64,000 bases of DNA from Anaerosomatales bacterium (GTDB taxonomy: Bacteria; Actinomycetota; Coriobacteriia; Anaerosomatales; SLCP01). The DNA lies in contig JARGFT010000011.1 in NCBI GenBank assembly GCA_029210645.1, forward strand, positions 9,519 through 73,518, given 5' to 3'. Positions 30,286 through 41,467 of this stretch are shown here, piece by piece; position 1 is the stretch's first letter; every line of letters starts with the position of its first letter. Position numbers and translations under genes: made by a program. The notes below the pieces were generated by a model. The model worked only from the letters and a program-made list of their open reading frames with translations. It made no database searches and was not told where the DNA came from.

Positions 30286-31565
30286 CAGCGGTCGGCGTCG
30301 GAGCCGAGCGTGACCGTGAGGTCCCGCTCGGTATCGGCCCTGATCACGGTCACCTCGAGCGTGTCTCCCACACCCGCTGCCCGAACGACAGCGACCAGGT
30401 CCTCGGCACGGGCGATGTCCCGGCCTCCCGCCTCAACGATGATGTCGCCCCGTTGCAGGCCACCCGAATCAGCGGGCGAGCCGGGCTCCACGAACTGAAC
30501 GAGCGCACCCGCGCGCGCCGGCAGGTCGAACTGGACCGACAGGTTCTCGTCGATCGTCACCGACTGGACGCCGAGGTAGGGGTGGATGGCCTCCCCGGTC
30601 TCGATCAGCTGGTCGGCGACGTTGCGCGCGAAGTCGGAGGGTATGGCGAAACCGATGCCTGCCGAGGAGCCCGACGTGGACTGGATGAGCGTGTTGATCC
30701 CGATAAGCCTGCCCTCGGCGTCGACGAGCGCCCCGCCGGAGTTGCCGGGGTTGATGGCCGCATCGGTCTGGATGAGGTTGGTGTAGCGAGCGATCCCGAG
30801 GCCTTTGCCGTCGGGCGTGCGCTGGAGTGCGGAGATGATGCCGGCGGTCACCGTCTTCTCGAGCCCGAAGGGACTGCCGACCGCGACCACGAACTGGCCG
30901 ACCTCGAGGTCTGCCGAGGGGGCGAACGCGATGGCGGGGTGATCGTTACCCGGGATCTTGAGCAGCGCGAGGTCCGTGGACGGGTCCACGCCGCTCACCT
31001 CGGCCTCCATGTCCTGCACTCCGACGGTCACGACCACCCGGTCGGCTCCCTCGATCACGTGGTAGTTGGTCAGGATGTAGCCGTCCTCGCGGACGATGAC
31101 TCCACTGCCGTTGCCGACCTCACGCAGCTCCACGCTTCCGGTAAACACGTTCCTGAACTGCTGTTGAACCGAGACGTTGACCACCGAGGGGGTGACCTTG
31201 GACGCGACGGCGACCGCAGCATTGACGTTGCCGTCCACCGTGATCTGCGTCTCGCTCGGCCGGGTATTGGTCGGCGCCTCGGTGCGGGTCAGTGGCCGGA
31301 CGCCCGGAACGAGCCCGATCGCCCACATGATCGCCGCAGCCACCAGGACGCCACCGACGATGGCGCCGAGTCCTGCCGAGATGATGACGGCAGCACTCGA
31401 CCACCGTTTGACAAGCGCCGGCTCCTCACAGGGCTCATCGTCGGGGGATCCCGTGTACTCGCACACGGGAAGGGGGCCCTCTACCGTGACGTAGGCGGGC
31501 TCGGGTTGTCCGGTCGTCTCGCCGGGAGCATCCGGCTCAATGGTGTCGTCGCGCTCGTCGCTCAT
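30285..31565 (-). CDS. HtrA/DegP-family serine protease with PDZ domain
   Basis: N-terminal TM helix, trypsin fold with ...TDAAINPGNSGGALV..., and a C-terminal PDZ domain. Confidence 0.92.
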   Translation of the reverse strand: MSDERDDTIEPDAPGETTGQPEPAYVTVEGPLPVCEYTGSPDDEPCEEPALVKRWSSAAVIISAGLGAIVGGVLVAAAIMWAIGLVPGVRPLTRTEAPTNTRPSETQITVDGNVNAAVAVASKVTPSVVNVSVQQQFRNVFTGSVELREVGNGSGVIVREDGYILTNYHVIEGADRVVVTVGVQDMEAEVSGVDPSTDLALLKIPGNDHPAIAFAPSADLEVGQFVVAVGSPFGLEKTVTAGIISALQRTPDGKGLGIARYTNLIQTDAAINPGNSGGALVDAEGRLIGINTLIQSTSGSSAGIGFAIPSDFARNVADQLIETGEAIHPYLGVQSVTIDENLSVQFDLPARAGALVQFVEPGSPADSGGLQRGDIIVEAGGRDIARAEDLVAVVRAAGVGDTLEVTVIRADTERDLTVTLGSDADR

Positions 31566-31608
31566 GATCGTCCTCGGAATCGCGGGTGGTCACTATGGAT
31601 ACGCGGTG

Positions 31609-31639
31609 AGTATACCCGCGGGGCCGGGCGGACTGTGAA
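31609..31639 (-). promoter_or_regulatory. Possible sigma70-type promoter for htrA (TTCACA-N19-TATACT)
   Basis: Read in the nuoN-htrA spacer. The -10 is good, but the spacer is long and the -35 is moderate. Confidence 0.25.
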
Positions 31640-31690
31640 GCGTCAGCATCTTCTCCACCACAAGAGCACGCAGGCCAGCGCGGTGCGCTC

Positions 31691-33070
31691 CTAGCCGAGC
31701 AGCGCTCCGAGCCCTCTGAGAAGCGGGGAGGCACCCAGACCGATCACAACGGTGCCGGCCACGAGCGCGACGAGCGCCACGGTGGCCGCCGGAGAGGCGA
31801 TACCCTCCCCCGAAACGCCTACCGGTTCGCCGAAGAACATCTCCCTCACCACCCGGAAGTAGTACCCGGCTGAGACCACACTCGTCAGGATGCCGAGCAC
31901 CACGAGCAACCAGAGCGAGGAGTCGACCGCGGCGCCGAACAGGTAGAGCTTGCCGAAGAAGCCCGCGAGCGGCGGGATCCCGATGAGCGAGAGCAGCCAG
32001 ATGACCACCGACCAGGCAAGCCACGGACGCCGTGCCGCCAACTGCGCCAGATCGGTGATCTCCGTACCCTCCTCGGCAGCGACCAGCATGACCGCCATCG
32101 AGGGCAGTGCGTACGCCACGGCATAGAAGACAGCGGCGGCATATCCCGTGTCCGTACCCGGCGCGAGCGCCATCAAGAGGTAGCCCGTGTGGGCCACGCC
32201 CGAGTACGCCATGAGACGGCGCAGATCGCTTTGGGGCAGCGCGGCGAGGTTGCCGAGGAGCATCGAGGCAACGGAGGCAACCGCCACGAGCGTGACGAGC
32301 GTCGGCATGTCGGGGGCGATCGCCGAAAGCAGGCGTGCGATGACCGTGATGCCCGCGATCTTGGGTACGGTGGATACGAACGCCACCGATGCGGGGGCCG
32401 CCCCCGCGTAGGCGTCGGGAGCCCAGTAGTGGAAGGGCGCGGCCGACATCTTGGCGAGCAGGCCAACGAGCGTCAGCAACACGGCGACGAGTCCGAGAAC
32501 ACCCGCCCCCTCGATCGAAAGTTCGGCAAACGCGGTCGAGCCGGAGATGCCGTAGAGGAACGACAGACCGTAGAGCATGACGATGCTCGTGAGCATCGAC
32601 AGCAGGAAGTACTTAAGCGCGCCTTCCAACCCCGAGACATCGCGCCGGCGGTAGCCCATGAGGATGTAGGCGGGCATGGTCGAGAGTTCGAGGGCGATGT
32701 ACATGACGATCAGATCGCGGGCCATGCACAGAAGCATGCCGCCTGCGGCCGCGAAGAGCGCGAGCGCGACGGCATCGCGCCGGCGCTCGTCAGACATCCC
32801 TCTGCCTGCGACCCAGAGTGCCCATACGGCGGTCAGACCCGCAACGCCCGTGCGTGCGAAGCGCGCGACGCTATCGGGCTCCACCTGCCCGAACACCATC
32901 GGGCCTCCCGTGCCTCCGACGGCCACCAGGAGTGCTGCCGCGCCGGCGAGAGCGGCAGCGATATATGCGGCTCCCTTGTCGCGCCCGGGCAGGAACTCAC
33001 CGAAGAGCACTGCCAGCGCACCCGCTACGACGAGTGCCTCCGGGACGAAGTGCCAGTAACCCGAGAGCAT
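31691..33070 (-). CDS. nuoN: NADH-quinone oxidoreductase subunit N
   Basis: 459-aa antiporter-like subunit, last gene of the nuo operon. Confidence 0.9.
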   Translation of the reverse strand: MLSGYWHFVPEALVVAGALAVLFGEFLPGRDKGAAYIAAALAGAAALLVAVGGTGGPMVFGQVEPDSVARFARTGVAGLTAVWALWVAGRGMSDERRRDAVALALFAAAGGMLLCMARDLIVMYIALELSTMPAYILMGYRRRDVSGLEGALKYFLLSMLTSIVMLYGLSFLYGISGSTAFAELSIEGAGVLGLVAVLLTLVGLLAKMSAAPFHYWAPDAYAGAAPASVAFVSTVPKIAGITVIARLLSAIAPDMPTLVTLVAVASVASMLLGNLAALPQSDLRRLMAYSGVAHTGYLLMALAPGTDTGYAAAVFYAVAYALPSMAVMLVAAEEGTEITDLAQLAARRPWLAWSVVIWLLSLIGIPPLAGFFGKLYLFGAAVDSSLWLLVVLGILTSVVSAGYYFRVVREMFFGEPVGVSGEGIASPAATVALVALVAGTVVIGLGASPLLRGLGALLG

Positions 33071-34543
33071 CTACACGGCTCCCATCGTCGCGAGAAGCGC
33101 GGTGACCGCCGGGTCCACGTAGCGCAGGATGCTCGACCAGTAGACCCCCATGACCACGGTAATCACCACGAGGGGGACGAGTATCCCGATCTCCAGGCGG
33201 TTCAGGTCGGTGATGCCCTCGACCGCACTGCTCGGCGTACCGAGCACGGTCCGTTGCACCATCCAGAGCATGTAGGCCGCCGCAAGCAGCACACCGATGG
33301 CAGCCGCTACCACGAAGCCCGGCGCAACGAGCTCGGAGCGCCACGCGCCCACCAGGCTCAGGAACTCCCCGACAAAGCCCGCCAGTCCGGGCAGGCCGAG
33401 CGAAGCGAAGGATGCGAAGGCGAGCATTCCCGCCGCTACCGGAGCCTGCTTGGAGAGCCCCGAAACGTCGGCGATCGTGCGGGTGTGGGTGCGCTCGTAG
33501 ACCATGCCCACCAGAAGGAAGAGCATGCCCGTGATGACCCCGTGAGCGAACATGATCGCCACAGCGCCGTTGAGACCCTCCGGTGTACCGGCTGCGATGC
33601 CGAGCATCACGAAGCCCATGTGCGACACCGACGAGTAGGCCACAAGCTTCTTCAGATCGGTCTGGGCGAAGGCCACGGCGGCTCCGTACAGGATCGAGAT
33701 CACACCCAGCAGCGCGACGAACCACGCCCATGACTCGGCAGCGTCAGGTAGCATCGGCAAGCTGACACGCACGAACCCGTACGTTCCCATCTTCAGCAGG
33801 ATTCCGGCGAGCAGAACCGAGCCGGCCGTCGGCGCCTCGACGTGGGCGTCGGGCAGCCACGTGTGGAACGGGAAGACCGGCACCTTGACCGCGAAGCCGA
33901 GGAAGAACGCGGCGAAGACCCACCACTGGAAGCTCGCGGGAAGACCGGTCGATGCGGCCAGCACGGTCATGTCGAACGTACCGCCCGCAGGATGCAGATA
34001 GAGCGCCAGGATACCGACGAGCATAAACACCGAGCCGAAGAGCGTGTAGAGGAAGAACTTGATCGCGGCGTACTCGCGCCTCGGTCCGCCCCACACCGCG
34101 ATCAGGAAGTACATCGGCACCAGCACGAGCTCCCAGAACACGTAGAAGAGCACGAAGTCCAGCGCGACGAACACTCCGTTCATGCCCACCGCGAGCAGCA
34201 GGATCATCGTGAAGTAGAAGGAGGGCCTCTCGGTCACCTTCCAGGACGCGAGGATCGCGATCGGCAACAGCAGCGCCGAGAGGAAGAGCAGCGGCAGGGA
34301 GATGCCGTCCACGCCGAGGAAGTACTGGATGTTCGCCTCGGGGATCCAGCGCGCCCGCTCGATGAACTGCAGCCCGGCGGCGACGTCGAAGCGCGCCGCG
34401 AGCCAGAGCACGAGAGCGAGATCGACCAGGGAGACGACAAGCGCCACCAGGCGCGGCAGGTCGGTGCGCTCCTTGGGCAGGAGTGCGGTGACCGCCGCAC
34501 CCACGAGCGGCAGGAACACGATGATCGTCAGGAGTGGCAACAT
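33071..34543 (-). CDS. nuoM: NADH-quinone oxidoreductase subunit M
   Basis: 490-aa antiporter-like subunit with ...FPFHTWLPDAHVEAPT... Confidence 0.93.
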   Translation of the reverse strand: MLPLLTIIVFLPLVGAAVTALLPKERTDLPRLVALVVSLVDLALVLWLAARFDVAAGLQFIERARWIPEANIQYFLGVDGISLPLLFLSALLLPIAILASWKVTERPSFYFTMILLLAVGMNGVFVALDFVLFYVFWELVLVPMYFLIAVWGGPRREYAAIKFFLYTLFGSVFMLVGILALYLHPAGGTFDMTVLAASTGLPASFQWWVFAAFFLGFAVKVPVFPFHTWLPDAHVEAPTAGSVLLAGILLKMGTYGFVRVSLPMLPDAAESWAWFVALLGVISILYGAAVAFAQTDLKKLVAYSSVSHMGFVMLGIAAGTPEGLNGAVAIMFAHGVITGMLFLLVGMVYERTHTRTIADVSGLSKQAPVAAGMLAFASFASLGLPGLAGFVGEFLSLVGAWRSELVAPGFVVAAAIGVLLAAAYMLWMVQRTVLGTPSSAVEGITDLNRLEIGILVPLVVITVVMGVYWSSILRYVDPAVTALLATMGAV

Positions 34544-34546
34544 CCC

Positions 34547-36454
34547 CTAGGCCCCTTTCACCACGATCCACAGCATGAGGAGCACGAGCGCTCCCAGGAC
34601 AGAGCGTTGGTAGGTCTGCACCCGGCCGGCCTGGATGCGGCGGAGTGCGCCACCCGAAGCACGGGCGGCGCGCGCTACACCGTTGACGAAACCGTCGATG
34701 ACGCGGCCGTCGAAGCTCCACGCGACCTCGGTCAGGCGCTTCCAGGCCCCAGCCGCTCCGTTCACGGCACCGTCGACCGCACTGCCGTCGAAGCGGGAGA
34801 GGGACTCGGCTGCGCGCATGTACGGGCGGATGATGAAGTGCTCGTACGTCACGTCGAAGTAGTACTTCTGCGTGAGCACGGTGTAGGCGTGGCCGCTTCG
34901 CTCCTTGAGCGAGCGGGTGTTGAGCACGAGGCGCGTGCGCCCGTAGGCCCACCAACCCAGCGCGAGACCGGAGAGTGACACCGCGCTCGACGAGATAGCC
35001 ATCGCCGGATCGGGCCAGTGTCCCGCGTGGCCGAGGAACTCCGAGAAGAAGGGTGCGGAGAAGCCGATCACCGCGGTGATCGCAGCCAGCACACCCATCG
35101 GAGCGAGCATCTCGGCGTGACCCTCGGCAAGGTTCTCGGTCTGAACCGGGCCGGTGAAGACGCGGAACCACAGGCGCGCCACGTAGAAGGCGGTCACGAA
35201 AGCCGCCAACAGTGCGACGGCGAACGTGACGTAGTGCCCGTCGTGCCACACGGCATACAGGATCTCGTCTTTGGACCAGAACCCGGAGAACGGGAAGATG
35301 CCTGCAAGCGCGAGAGCGCCGATGCCGAAGGTGACCGAGGTCACCGGCAGATGGCGTGCGAGCCCGCCCATCTCGCGCATGTCCTGGGTGTGAGCGGCGT
35401 GGATGATGACACCCGCGCCGAGGAAGAGCAGCGACTTGAAGAACGCGTGTGTCACGAGGTGGAACATGCCGGCGATCGCCCCGCCGGCGCCGATGGCGAG
35501 GAACATGTACCCCAGCTGGCTGATCGTCGAGTAGGCCAGCACCTTCTTCACGTCGTGCTGCACCGCGGCGAGCAGCCCTCCGAGCAGCGCGGTGATCGCT
35601 CCGACCGCCATGGTGACGGTGAGGGCCACCCCGCTCGCCTCGAAGATCGGCAGCGCCCGGGCCACGAGGAAGACGCCGGCCGCGACCATGGTCGCCGCAT
35701 GGATGAGCGCCGAGGCAGGTGTCGGGCCCGCCATGGCGTCGGGCAGCCATACGTGCAGGGGCACCTGTGCCGACTTGCCCATCGCGCCGAAGAGCAGCAG
35801 CAGGGCCACCGCGGTCGCGACACCCGGGGCCCAGGCGCCCGCGGAGCCGAGCACGACGTCGAAGTCGAACGAGCCGACCGTCGCGTACATGATCGCGAGC
35901 CCGATCGCGAAGCCGACGTCTCCGACACGCGTGGTGAGGAACGCCTTCTGCGATGCCTTCCTCGGCGCTTCCTGCTCGTGCCAGAACCCGATGAGCAGGT
36001 ACGAGCAGAGCCCCATGACCTCCCACGCCATGTAGAACATGAGGAAGTTGTCGGAGAGCACGAGCGCGAGCATCGCCGCCGTGAAGAGCGTGAGCACGGC
36101 GAAGTACCATCCCACCCGCTCGTCTCTGTGCATGTAGCCGAGCGAATAGACCTGCACGCACACGCCGACGATGGTGACCACAAGCAGCATGATGGCGGCG
36201 AGCGGGTCGAGCAGGATGCCGAGCGAGAGGTCGACTCCGCCTATCTGCGCGATCGGCCAGGAAGCGTGGTACGCCGCCTCACCCTCGTGCCCGCCCGGCC
36301 ACACGGAGGCGAACGCGACCAGCGAGAGCAGCAGCGCGCCGCCCACGCCCGCGACGCCGAGCCAGCGCACGCGATTGCGCACGCCCCGCGAGAGCGGTGC
36401 CATGACCGCGAAGGCCAGCGCCGGGAGCAACGGTATGAGAGCGACGTAGGCCAC
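34547..36454 (-). CDS. nuoL: NADH-quinone oxidoreductase subunit L
   Basis: 635 aa with ...PLHVWLPDAMAGPTPASALIHAATMV... and a long C-terminal lateral-helix region. Confidence 0.93.
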   Translation of the reverse strand: MAYVALIPLLPALAFAVMAPLSRGVRNRVRWLGVAGVGGALLLSLVAFASVWPGGHEGEAAYHASWPIAQIGGVDLSLGILLDPLAAIMLLVVTIVGVCVQVYSLGYMHRDERVGWYFAVLTLFTAAMLALVLSDNFLMFYMAWEVMGLCSYLLIGFWHEQEAPRKASQKAFLTTRVGDVGFAIGLAIMYATVGSFDFDVVLGSAGAWAPGVATAVALLLLFGAMGKSAQVPLHVWLPDAMAGPTPASALIHAATMVAAGVFLVARALPIFEASGVALTVTMAVGAITALLGGLLAAVQHDVKKVLAYSTISQLGYMFLAIGAGGAIAGMFHLVTHAFFKSLLFLGAGVIIHAAHTQDMREMGGLARHLPVTSVTFGIGALALAGIFPFSGFWSKDEILYAVWHDGHYVTFAVALLAAFVTAFYVARLWFRVFTGPVQTENLAEGHAEMLAPMGVLAAITAVIGFSAPFFSEFLGHAGHWPDPAMAISSSAVSLSGLALGWWAYGRTRLVLNTRSLKERSGHAYTVLTQKYYFDVTYEHFIIRPYMRAAESLSRFDGSAVDGAVNGAAGAWKRLTEVAWSFDGRVIDGFVNGVARAARASGGALRRIQAGRVQTYQRSVLGALVLLMLWIVVKGA

Positions 36455-36455
36455 G

Positions 36456-36767
36456 CTACCCCTTCAGCGAGTCGATGGAGGACAGTTCGATGGAGCGGGT
36501 CTGGCGGTAGATCGCGAGCACGAGCGCCAGACCGAGACCGATCTCGGCCGCCGAGACCACCATCGTGAACATGGCGAAGAACTGGCCGGTCATCTCGGTC
36601 GGCGTGACGAAGCGCGAGAGCGCGACCATGTTGAGGTTGACCGCCACCGCCATGAGCTCGAGCGACATCAGCACCATGACCGCGCTGCGACGCGCAACGG
36701 CACCGTAGAGACCGAGCGCGAAGAGCACGGCGGCGAGCCCGAGGAAGGCCGAGGGTCCGATCGTCAC
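36456..36767 (-). CDS. nuoK: NADH-quinone oxidoreductase subunit K
   Basis: 103 aa, 3 TM helices, ...SAAEIGLGLALV... Confidence 0.9.
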   Translation of the reverse strand: MTIGPSAFLGLAAVLFALGLYGAVARRSAVMVLMSLELMAVAVNLNMVALSRFVTPTEMTGQFFAMFTMVVSAAEIGLGLALVLAIYRQTRSIELSSIDSLKG

Positions 36768-37267
36768 CGGTCATCCCCCTCCCTGGACCACCACACGGCG
36801 CCTACGAGCGCCACGAGCAAGACGAGCGACGCGACTTCGAAGGGTAGTGCCCACTGCGTGAAGAGCAGCTCGCCGAGGGCCGCGGTATCGGGCACGACGA
36901 TGGGCATCTCACCGACGCGGTCACCGTACCGGGCGATCGCCACGTACATCACCGTTCCGAAGACCGCGGCCAGGATCCCACCACCGATCGACACCTCGAC
37001 CGGGCGAACGGAGTCCTCACGGCGGCGCAGGGTGAGCATGATCACGAAGAGCATCAGGACCGAGACCGCTCCCGCGTAGATGAGGATCTGCACGACAGCG
37101 AGGAACTCCGCGGAGAGCAGAAGGTAGAGACCGCCCACGGCCACCATGACCTCGAGCAGCCAGAACGCCGCGTGAATGATGTTGCGCGTCGTGAGCATCC
37201 CCACCGCGCCGCCGATCGAGGCGAACGCGAGGATAACGAAGGCCACGCCGTTCACGCTCTCACTCAT
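36764..37267 (-). CDS. nuoJ: NADH-quinone oxidoreductase subunit J
   Basis: Start trimmed to MSESVNGVAFVILAF... About 167 aa, sitting between nuoI and nuoK. Confidence 0.85.
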   Translation of the reverse strand: MSESVNGVAFVILAFASIGGAVGMLTTRNIIHAAFWLLEVMVAVGGLYLLLSAEFLAVVQILIYAGAVSVLMLFVIMLTLRRREDSVRPVEVSIGGGILAAVFGTVMYVAIARYGDRVGEMPIVVPDTAALGELLFTQWALPFEVASLVLLVALVGAVWWSREGDDR

Positions 37268-37763
37268 CGCTGGCCTCCTCTCGGGAAAGCTCGGCCGGGG
37301 AGGAATCGGCCCGGGCAAGTTCGGCCTTCGGTGTGGCTGCGGGACGCGCGCGCTTGACCGGCACCGCGTCCACGTCGGCGAGCAGATCGTAGGTGAGCTC
37401 GGCGGGGTCAAGGCGCGCCAGCTCGTAGTCGTGGCTCATCTCGATCGCATCGAACGGGCAGGCCTCCACGCACAGGCCGCACATCATGCACGCGCCGATC
37501 TCGTAGGAGTAGCGCTCGATGTGCTTGCTCTTGTCCTCGCGGGTCGTGAATTCGAGATCGAGGATATGGTCCGGGCACGCGCGTACGCACGCCATGCACG
37601 CGGTGCACTTCGGCTTGCCCTCCCCGTCGTACTTTGGCACGACCGCCCAGCGGGCACGCTCGGGGATCTCGAGCCTCTCGTAGGGGTACTTCACGGTGAT
37701 CGGCCCGCGCAGCATGTTGCGCATCGTGATACGCATACCGGTGAGGATGCCCTTGCCCCACAT
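37260..37763 (-). CDS. nuoI: NADH-quinone oxidoreductase subunit I (2x[4Fe-4S]) with ~35-aa charged C-terminal tail
   Basis: CTACMACVRACP and CMMCGLCVEACP ferredoxin motifs. Start trimmed to MWGKGILTG..., overlapping the nuoH stop. Confidence 0.92.
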   Translation of the reverse strand: MWGKGILTGMRITMRNMLRGPITVKYPYERLEIPERARWAVVPKYDGEGKPKCTACMACVRACPDHILDLEFTTREDKSKHIERYSYEIGACMMCGLCVEACPFDAIEMSHDYELARLDPAELTYDLLADVDAVPVKRARPAATPKAELARADSSPAELSREEASDE

Positions 37764-38773
37764 CAGGCGACACCCCCGGGAGCCACGAGCTTCACGACAA
37801 CGCCGACGAGCATCAGCCACGCAAGCGAGATCGGGATAAGCCACTTCCAGCCGAGGTTCATGAGGTGGTCGATGCGCACGCGGGGCAGCGTCCCGCGTAT
37901 CCACATGAAGACGAAGATGCCGATGTAGGTCTTCAAGACGAACACCACCGGGGCGATCGGCGCGAGCACCGAATCCGGAACGAACGGCAGCGTCCACCCA
38001 CCGAAGAAGAGCGTGACCGCGAGCGCCGAGATGACAAACGAGTTGCTGAACTCGGAGAGGAAGATCAGGCCGAACTTCATCGACGAGTACTCGGTGGCAA
38101 AGCCGGACACGAGTTCGGACTCGGCCTCGGACATGTCGAAGGGCGTCTGGTTGAGCTCGCACAGCGCCGCGATCATGAAGATGACGAACGAGGGGATGAG
38201 CAGGACCACGAACCACCTCGGAACCACTCCGAGCCAGACGCCGGTCTGGAACGCCACGATCTCGGCAAGGTCCATCGAGCCGACGATCATCACCACCGGC
38301 AGCACCGACAGTAGCAGCGGGACCTCGTACGCGACCTGCTGCGCCGCGGCCCGAAGCGCGCCGATGAGCGCGTACTTGTTCGCCGAGGACCATCCCGCCA
38401 TGATCACGCCGAGCGGGACCACGGAGAGCACCGCGAACGTGTAGAGCAGACCGGTGTCGAGCCGCGTGATGCGCAGCGTCTCAGAAAACGGCAGTGCTGC
38501 GTAGGCCATGAGCGACGGCACGAACACGACCACCGGCGCCAGGACGTACATCCAGCGGTCGACGCCGTTGGGCCTGATGTCCTCCTTGGAGAGCAGCTTC
38601 AGCACGTCGGCGGTGGTCTGGACGATACCCTTGGGGCCGACATGGACCGGACCGAGGCGTAGGTGCAGGTGCCCGAGTACCTTGCGCAGCATGTAGATGA
38701 GCACCACACCGTTGGCCAGCATGAGGCCGATAGCCGCCAGCACGGGCAGTATGGGGGCGAGCACCTGACTCAT
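37763..38773 (-). CDS. nuoH: NADH-quinone oxidoreductase subunit H
   Basis: 336-aa polytopic protein with ...PFDMSEAESELVSGF... Confidence 0.93.
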   Translation of the reverse strand: MSQVLAPILPVLAAIGLMLANGVVLIYMLRKVLGHLHLRLGPVHVGPKGIVQTTADVLKLLSKEDIRPNGVDRWMYVLAPVVVFVPSLMAYAALPFSETLRITRLDTGLLYTFAVLSVVPLGVIMAGWSSANKYALIGALRAAAQQVAYEVPLLLSVLPVVMIVGSMDLAEIVAFQTGVWLGVVPRWFVVLLIPSFVIFMIAALCELNQTPFDMSEAESELVSGFATEYSSMKFGLIFLSEFSNSFVISALAVTLFFGGWTLPFVPDSVLAPIAPVVFVLKTYIGIFVFMWIRGTLPRVRIDHLMNLGWKWLIPISLAWLMLVGVVVKLVAPGGVA

Positions 38774-39975
38774 CGGTCTATCTCCCCGAGGACGATGTCC
38801 ACACTGCCGATCAGCATGATGGCGTCGGCAAGCAGGTGACCGGGGAGTATCTCCTCGAGGACTTGCATCGCGAAGAGCGACGGGGCCCGGTAGTGGAACC
38901 GGTAGGGCGTGTCGGAGCCGTCAGCTACCAGGTGAACGCCGAGCTCGCCGCGGGGCGACTCCACGCACGCGTAGGTCTCTCCCGCCGGCGGGCGGAGCAC
39001 CCTGGGGACCTTTGCCATCACATCTCCTTCGGGCAGCCCCTCGATGCACTGGCGGCACATGCGCGCTGCCTGCCGCATCTCCTCCATGCGCACGAGATAG
39101 CGGTCCCACGCGTCCCCGGTCGCACCGAGCGGCACGTCGAAGTCGAGCTCGGTGTAGGCGGCGTAGGGCTTGTCGCGGCGTACGTCGTACGGGACGCCGC
39201 TTCCCCGCAGGTTGGCGCCGGTCAGACCGAACGCAAGCCCGGTCTCGCGATCGATGACGCCGACCCCGCGGACACGCTTCTGAAAGATCTCGTTGCCGCC
39301 GAGCAGCGCGTGATGCTCGTCGAGGTACGAGTCGATGGTACGCAGAAAGGTCCGGAGCTTCTGCTCGGCATCGGGCGTGATATCGTCGAGAACGCCGCCC
39401 GGCCGCACGTAGTTGAACATCATCCGCTGCCCGGTGACCGACTCGAGCACGTCGAGCAGCGCCTCCCTCTCGCGCATCGCGTAGAGGAACTGCCCCATCG
39501 CACCGCAGTCCAGTCCGAACGTCCCGAACCACACCAGGTGGCTTGCGATGCGGTTGACCTCGCTCATGAGGCTCCGGAGCCACTGGCCCCTGGGCGGCAC
39601 CTCGACCTCGAGCAGCTGCTCGGCCGCGAGCGCGGCGGCAAGCTCACCGTGGATCCCCGAGACGTAGTCGCCGCGGTCCATCAACGTTCCGAGCTGGTGG
39701 TAGCGCCGGTGCTCCCCGAGCTTCTCGATGCCGCGGTGCAGGTAGCCGACGGCCACCTCTACGTTCATGACCTCCTCGCCGTCGAGCTCGGCAACGAGGC
39801 GCAGCACGCCGTGGGTCGACGGGTGCTGGGGGCCGATGTTGACGACGAGGTGCTCGGTAGCAAGCCCGTCGACACCGCTCGGGATACGCTTGATGCCGGC
39901 GGGCGCCCTGCCCGGATCGAAGGTTCCCTCGGCCTGCAGAGCGTGCGTGAGAACGGTGTCGCGCGGGTCGGTCAC
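38770..39975 (-). CDS. nuoD: NADH-quinone oxidoreductase subunit D
   Basis: 401 aa with ...NIGPQHPSTHGVLR... Confidence 0.95.
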   Translation of the reverse strand: MTDPRDTVLTHALQAEGTFDPGRAPAGIKRIPSGVDGLATEHLVVNIGPQHPSTHGVLRLVAELDGEEVMNVEVAVGYLHRGIEKLGEHRRYHQLGTLMDRGDYVSGIHGELAAALAAEQLLEVEVPPRGQWLRSLMSEVNRIASHLVWFGTFGLDCGAMGQFLYAMREREALLDVLESVTGQRMMFNYVRPGGVLDDITPDAEQKLRTFLRTIDSYLDEHHALLGGNEIFQKRVRGVGVIDRETGLAFGLTGANLRGSGVPYDVRRDKPYAAYTELDFDVPLGATGDAWDRYLVRMEEMRQAARMCRQCIEGLPEGDVMAKVPRVLRPPAGETYACVESPRGELGVHLVADGSDTPYRFHYRAPSLFAMQVLEEILPGHLLADAIMLIGSVDIVLGEIDR

Positions 39976-40401
39976 CGGTCGCGCACCTCCTTAAGCGTGC
40001 GGATCGGCACCGAGCGGCGCAGCAGAGGTTGCTCTCCGTCGGTGGTGAGCAGCCGTGCCGGGTTCGGATGGCCGGCGAGTGTGAGCCCGAACAGTTCGGC
40101 TGTCTCGCGCTCGGGCAGCAGCGCCGAGGCGTACACGTTCCAGACCGAGTGTAGAACGCCGTCGTGGGGCAGCGAGCACTTCACGTAGAGCTCCTCGTCG
40201 CGAGCGAACGAGCGCAGGTGGTAGGTGAGCTCGACGTCTTCGTCGGTGTCGGTACCGAGCAGGTCGACGAGCATCACGAATCCCAGGTCGCTGGACTTGA
40301 GCGCGGAGAGCACGGCGGCCGTGTCCTCGTGAGGCACGCGCACGACCACGCCCAGGGACGTCGCCGTCACCTCGGCCCGCGCCACTCCTGTGAGTACCGT
40401 C

Positions 40402-40427
<26 letters not shown>
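39972..40427 (-). CDS. nuoC: NADH-quinone oxidoreductase subunit C
   Basis: About 150 aa of the 30-kDa family (...[10 protein letters not shown]...). Start uncertain: GTG 40427 overlaps nuoB, and GTG 40385 is the alternative. Confidence 0.8.
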
Positions 40428-40926
<499 letters not shown>

Positions 40927-41467
40927 GCATAGAGCAGGCCGAGCACGAGGATACCGACGAATACGGCCATCTCAACCAGGATGAAGGGGCCCATCCGCCC
41001 GAAGACGACCGCCCACGGGTAGAGAAAGACCGTCTCGATGTCGAAGACGACGAAGAGTAGCGCGTAGACGTAGTAGCCGATGCGGAACTGCACCCACGGC
41101 GGACCGATCGGTTCCACGCCGCACTCGTAGATACGGCCCTTCTCGAACGAGGGCCTCTGGTGGCTCAGAAGGTTTGAGAGGGTGACCGTCACCATAACGA
41201 AGACGACGCCCACGAGAACGAAGGTGCCGAGTACAACATAGTCGGATGCCATGTCCCGGAACTGCCGTCCTCTCCACCTCACACACCACTGCGGGTGCGC
41301 CCAAATCAGGATACGACAACGCCCGTCGAGCGGCGAGGGGCCGCTGGCCCGGGCGTAGAGTTCGCGACAAGGTAACACAAGTCACATCACCGCTCAAGAG
41401 TACCTGAGTACCTCGGCTCCGATGCGGTATCGTAGAGAACGAAGGCGACGTACGGGAGGAGGCAGCC

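Noticed and set aside
33744-36161. 805-aa minus-strand ORF overlapping nuoM/nuoL in another frame
   Set aside because: It is an out-of-frame shadow of the real nuoM and nuoL genes. The translation is Arg/Gly/Pro-rich and lacks TM helices, while the nuo frames give canonical motifs.
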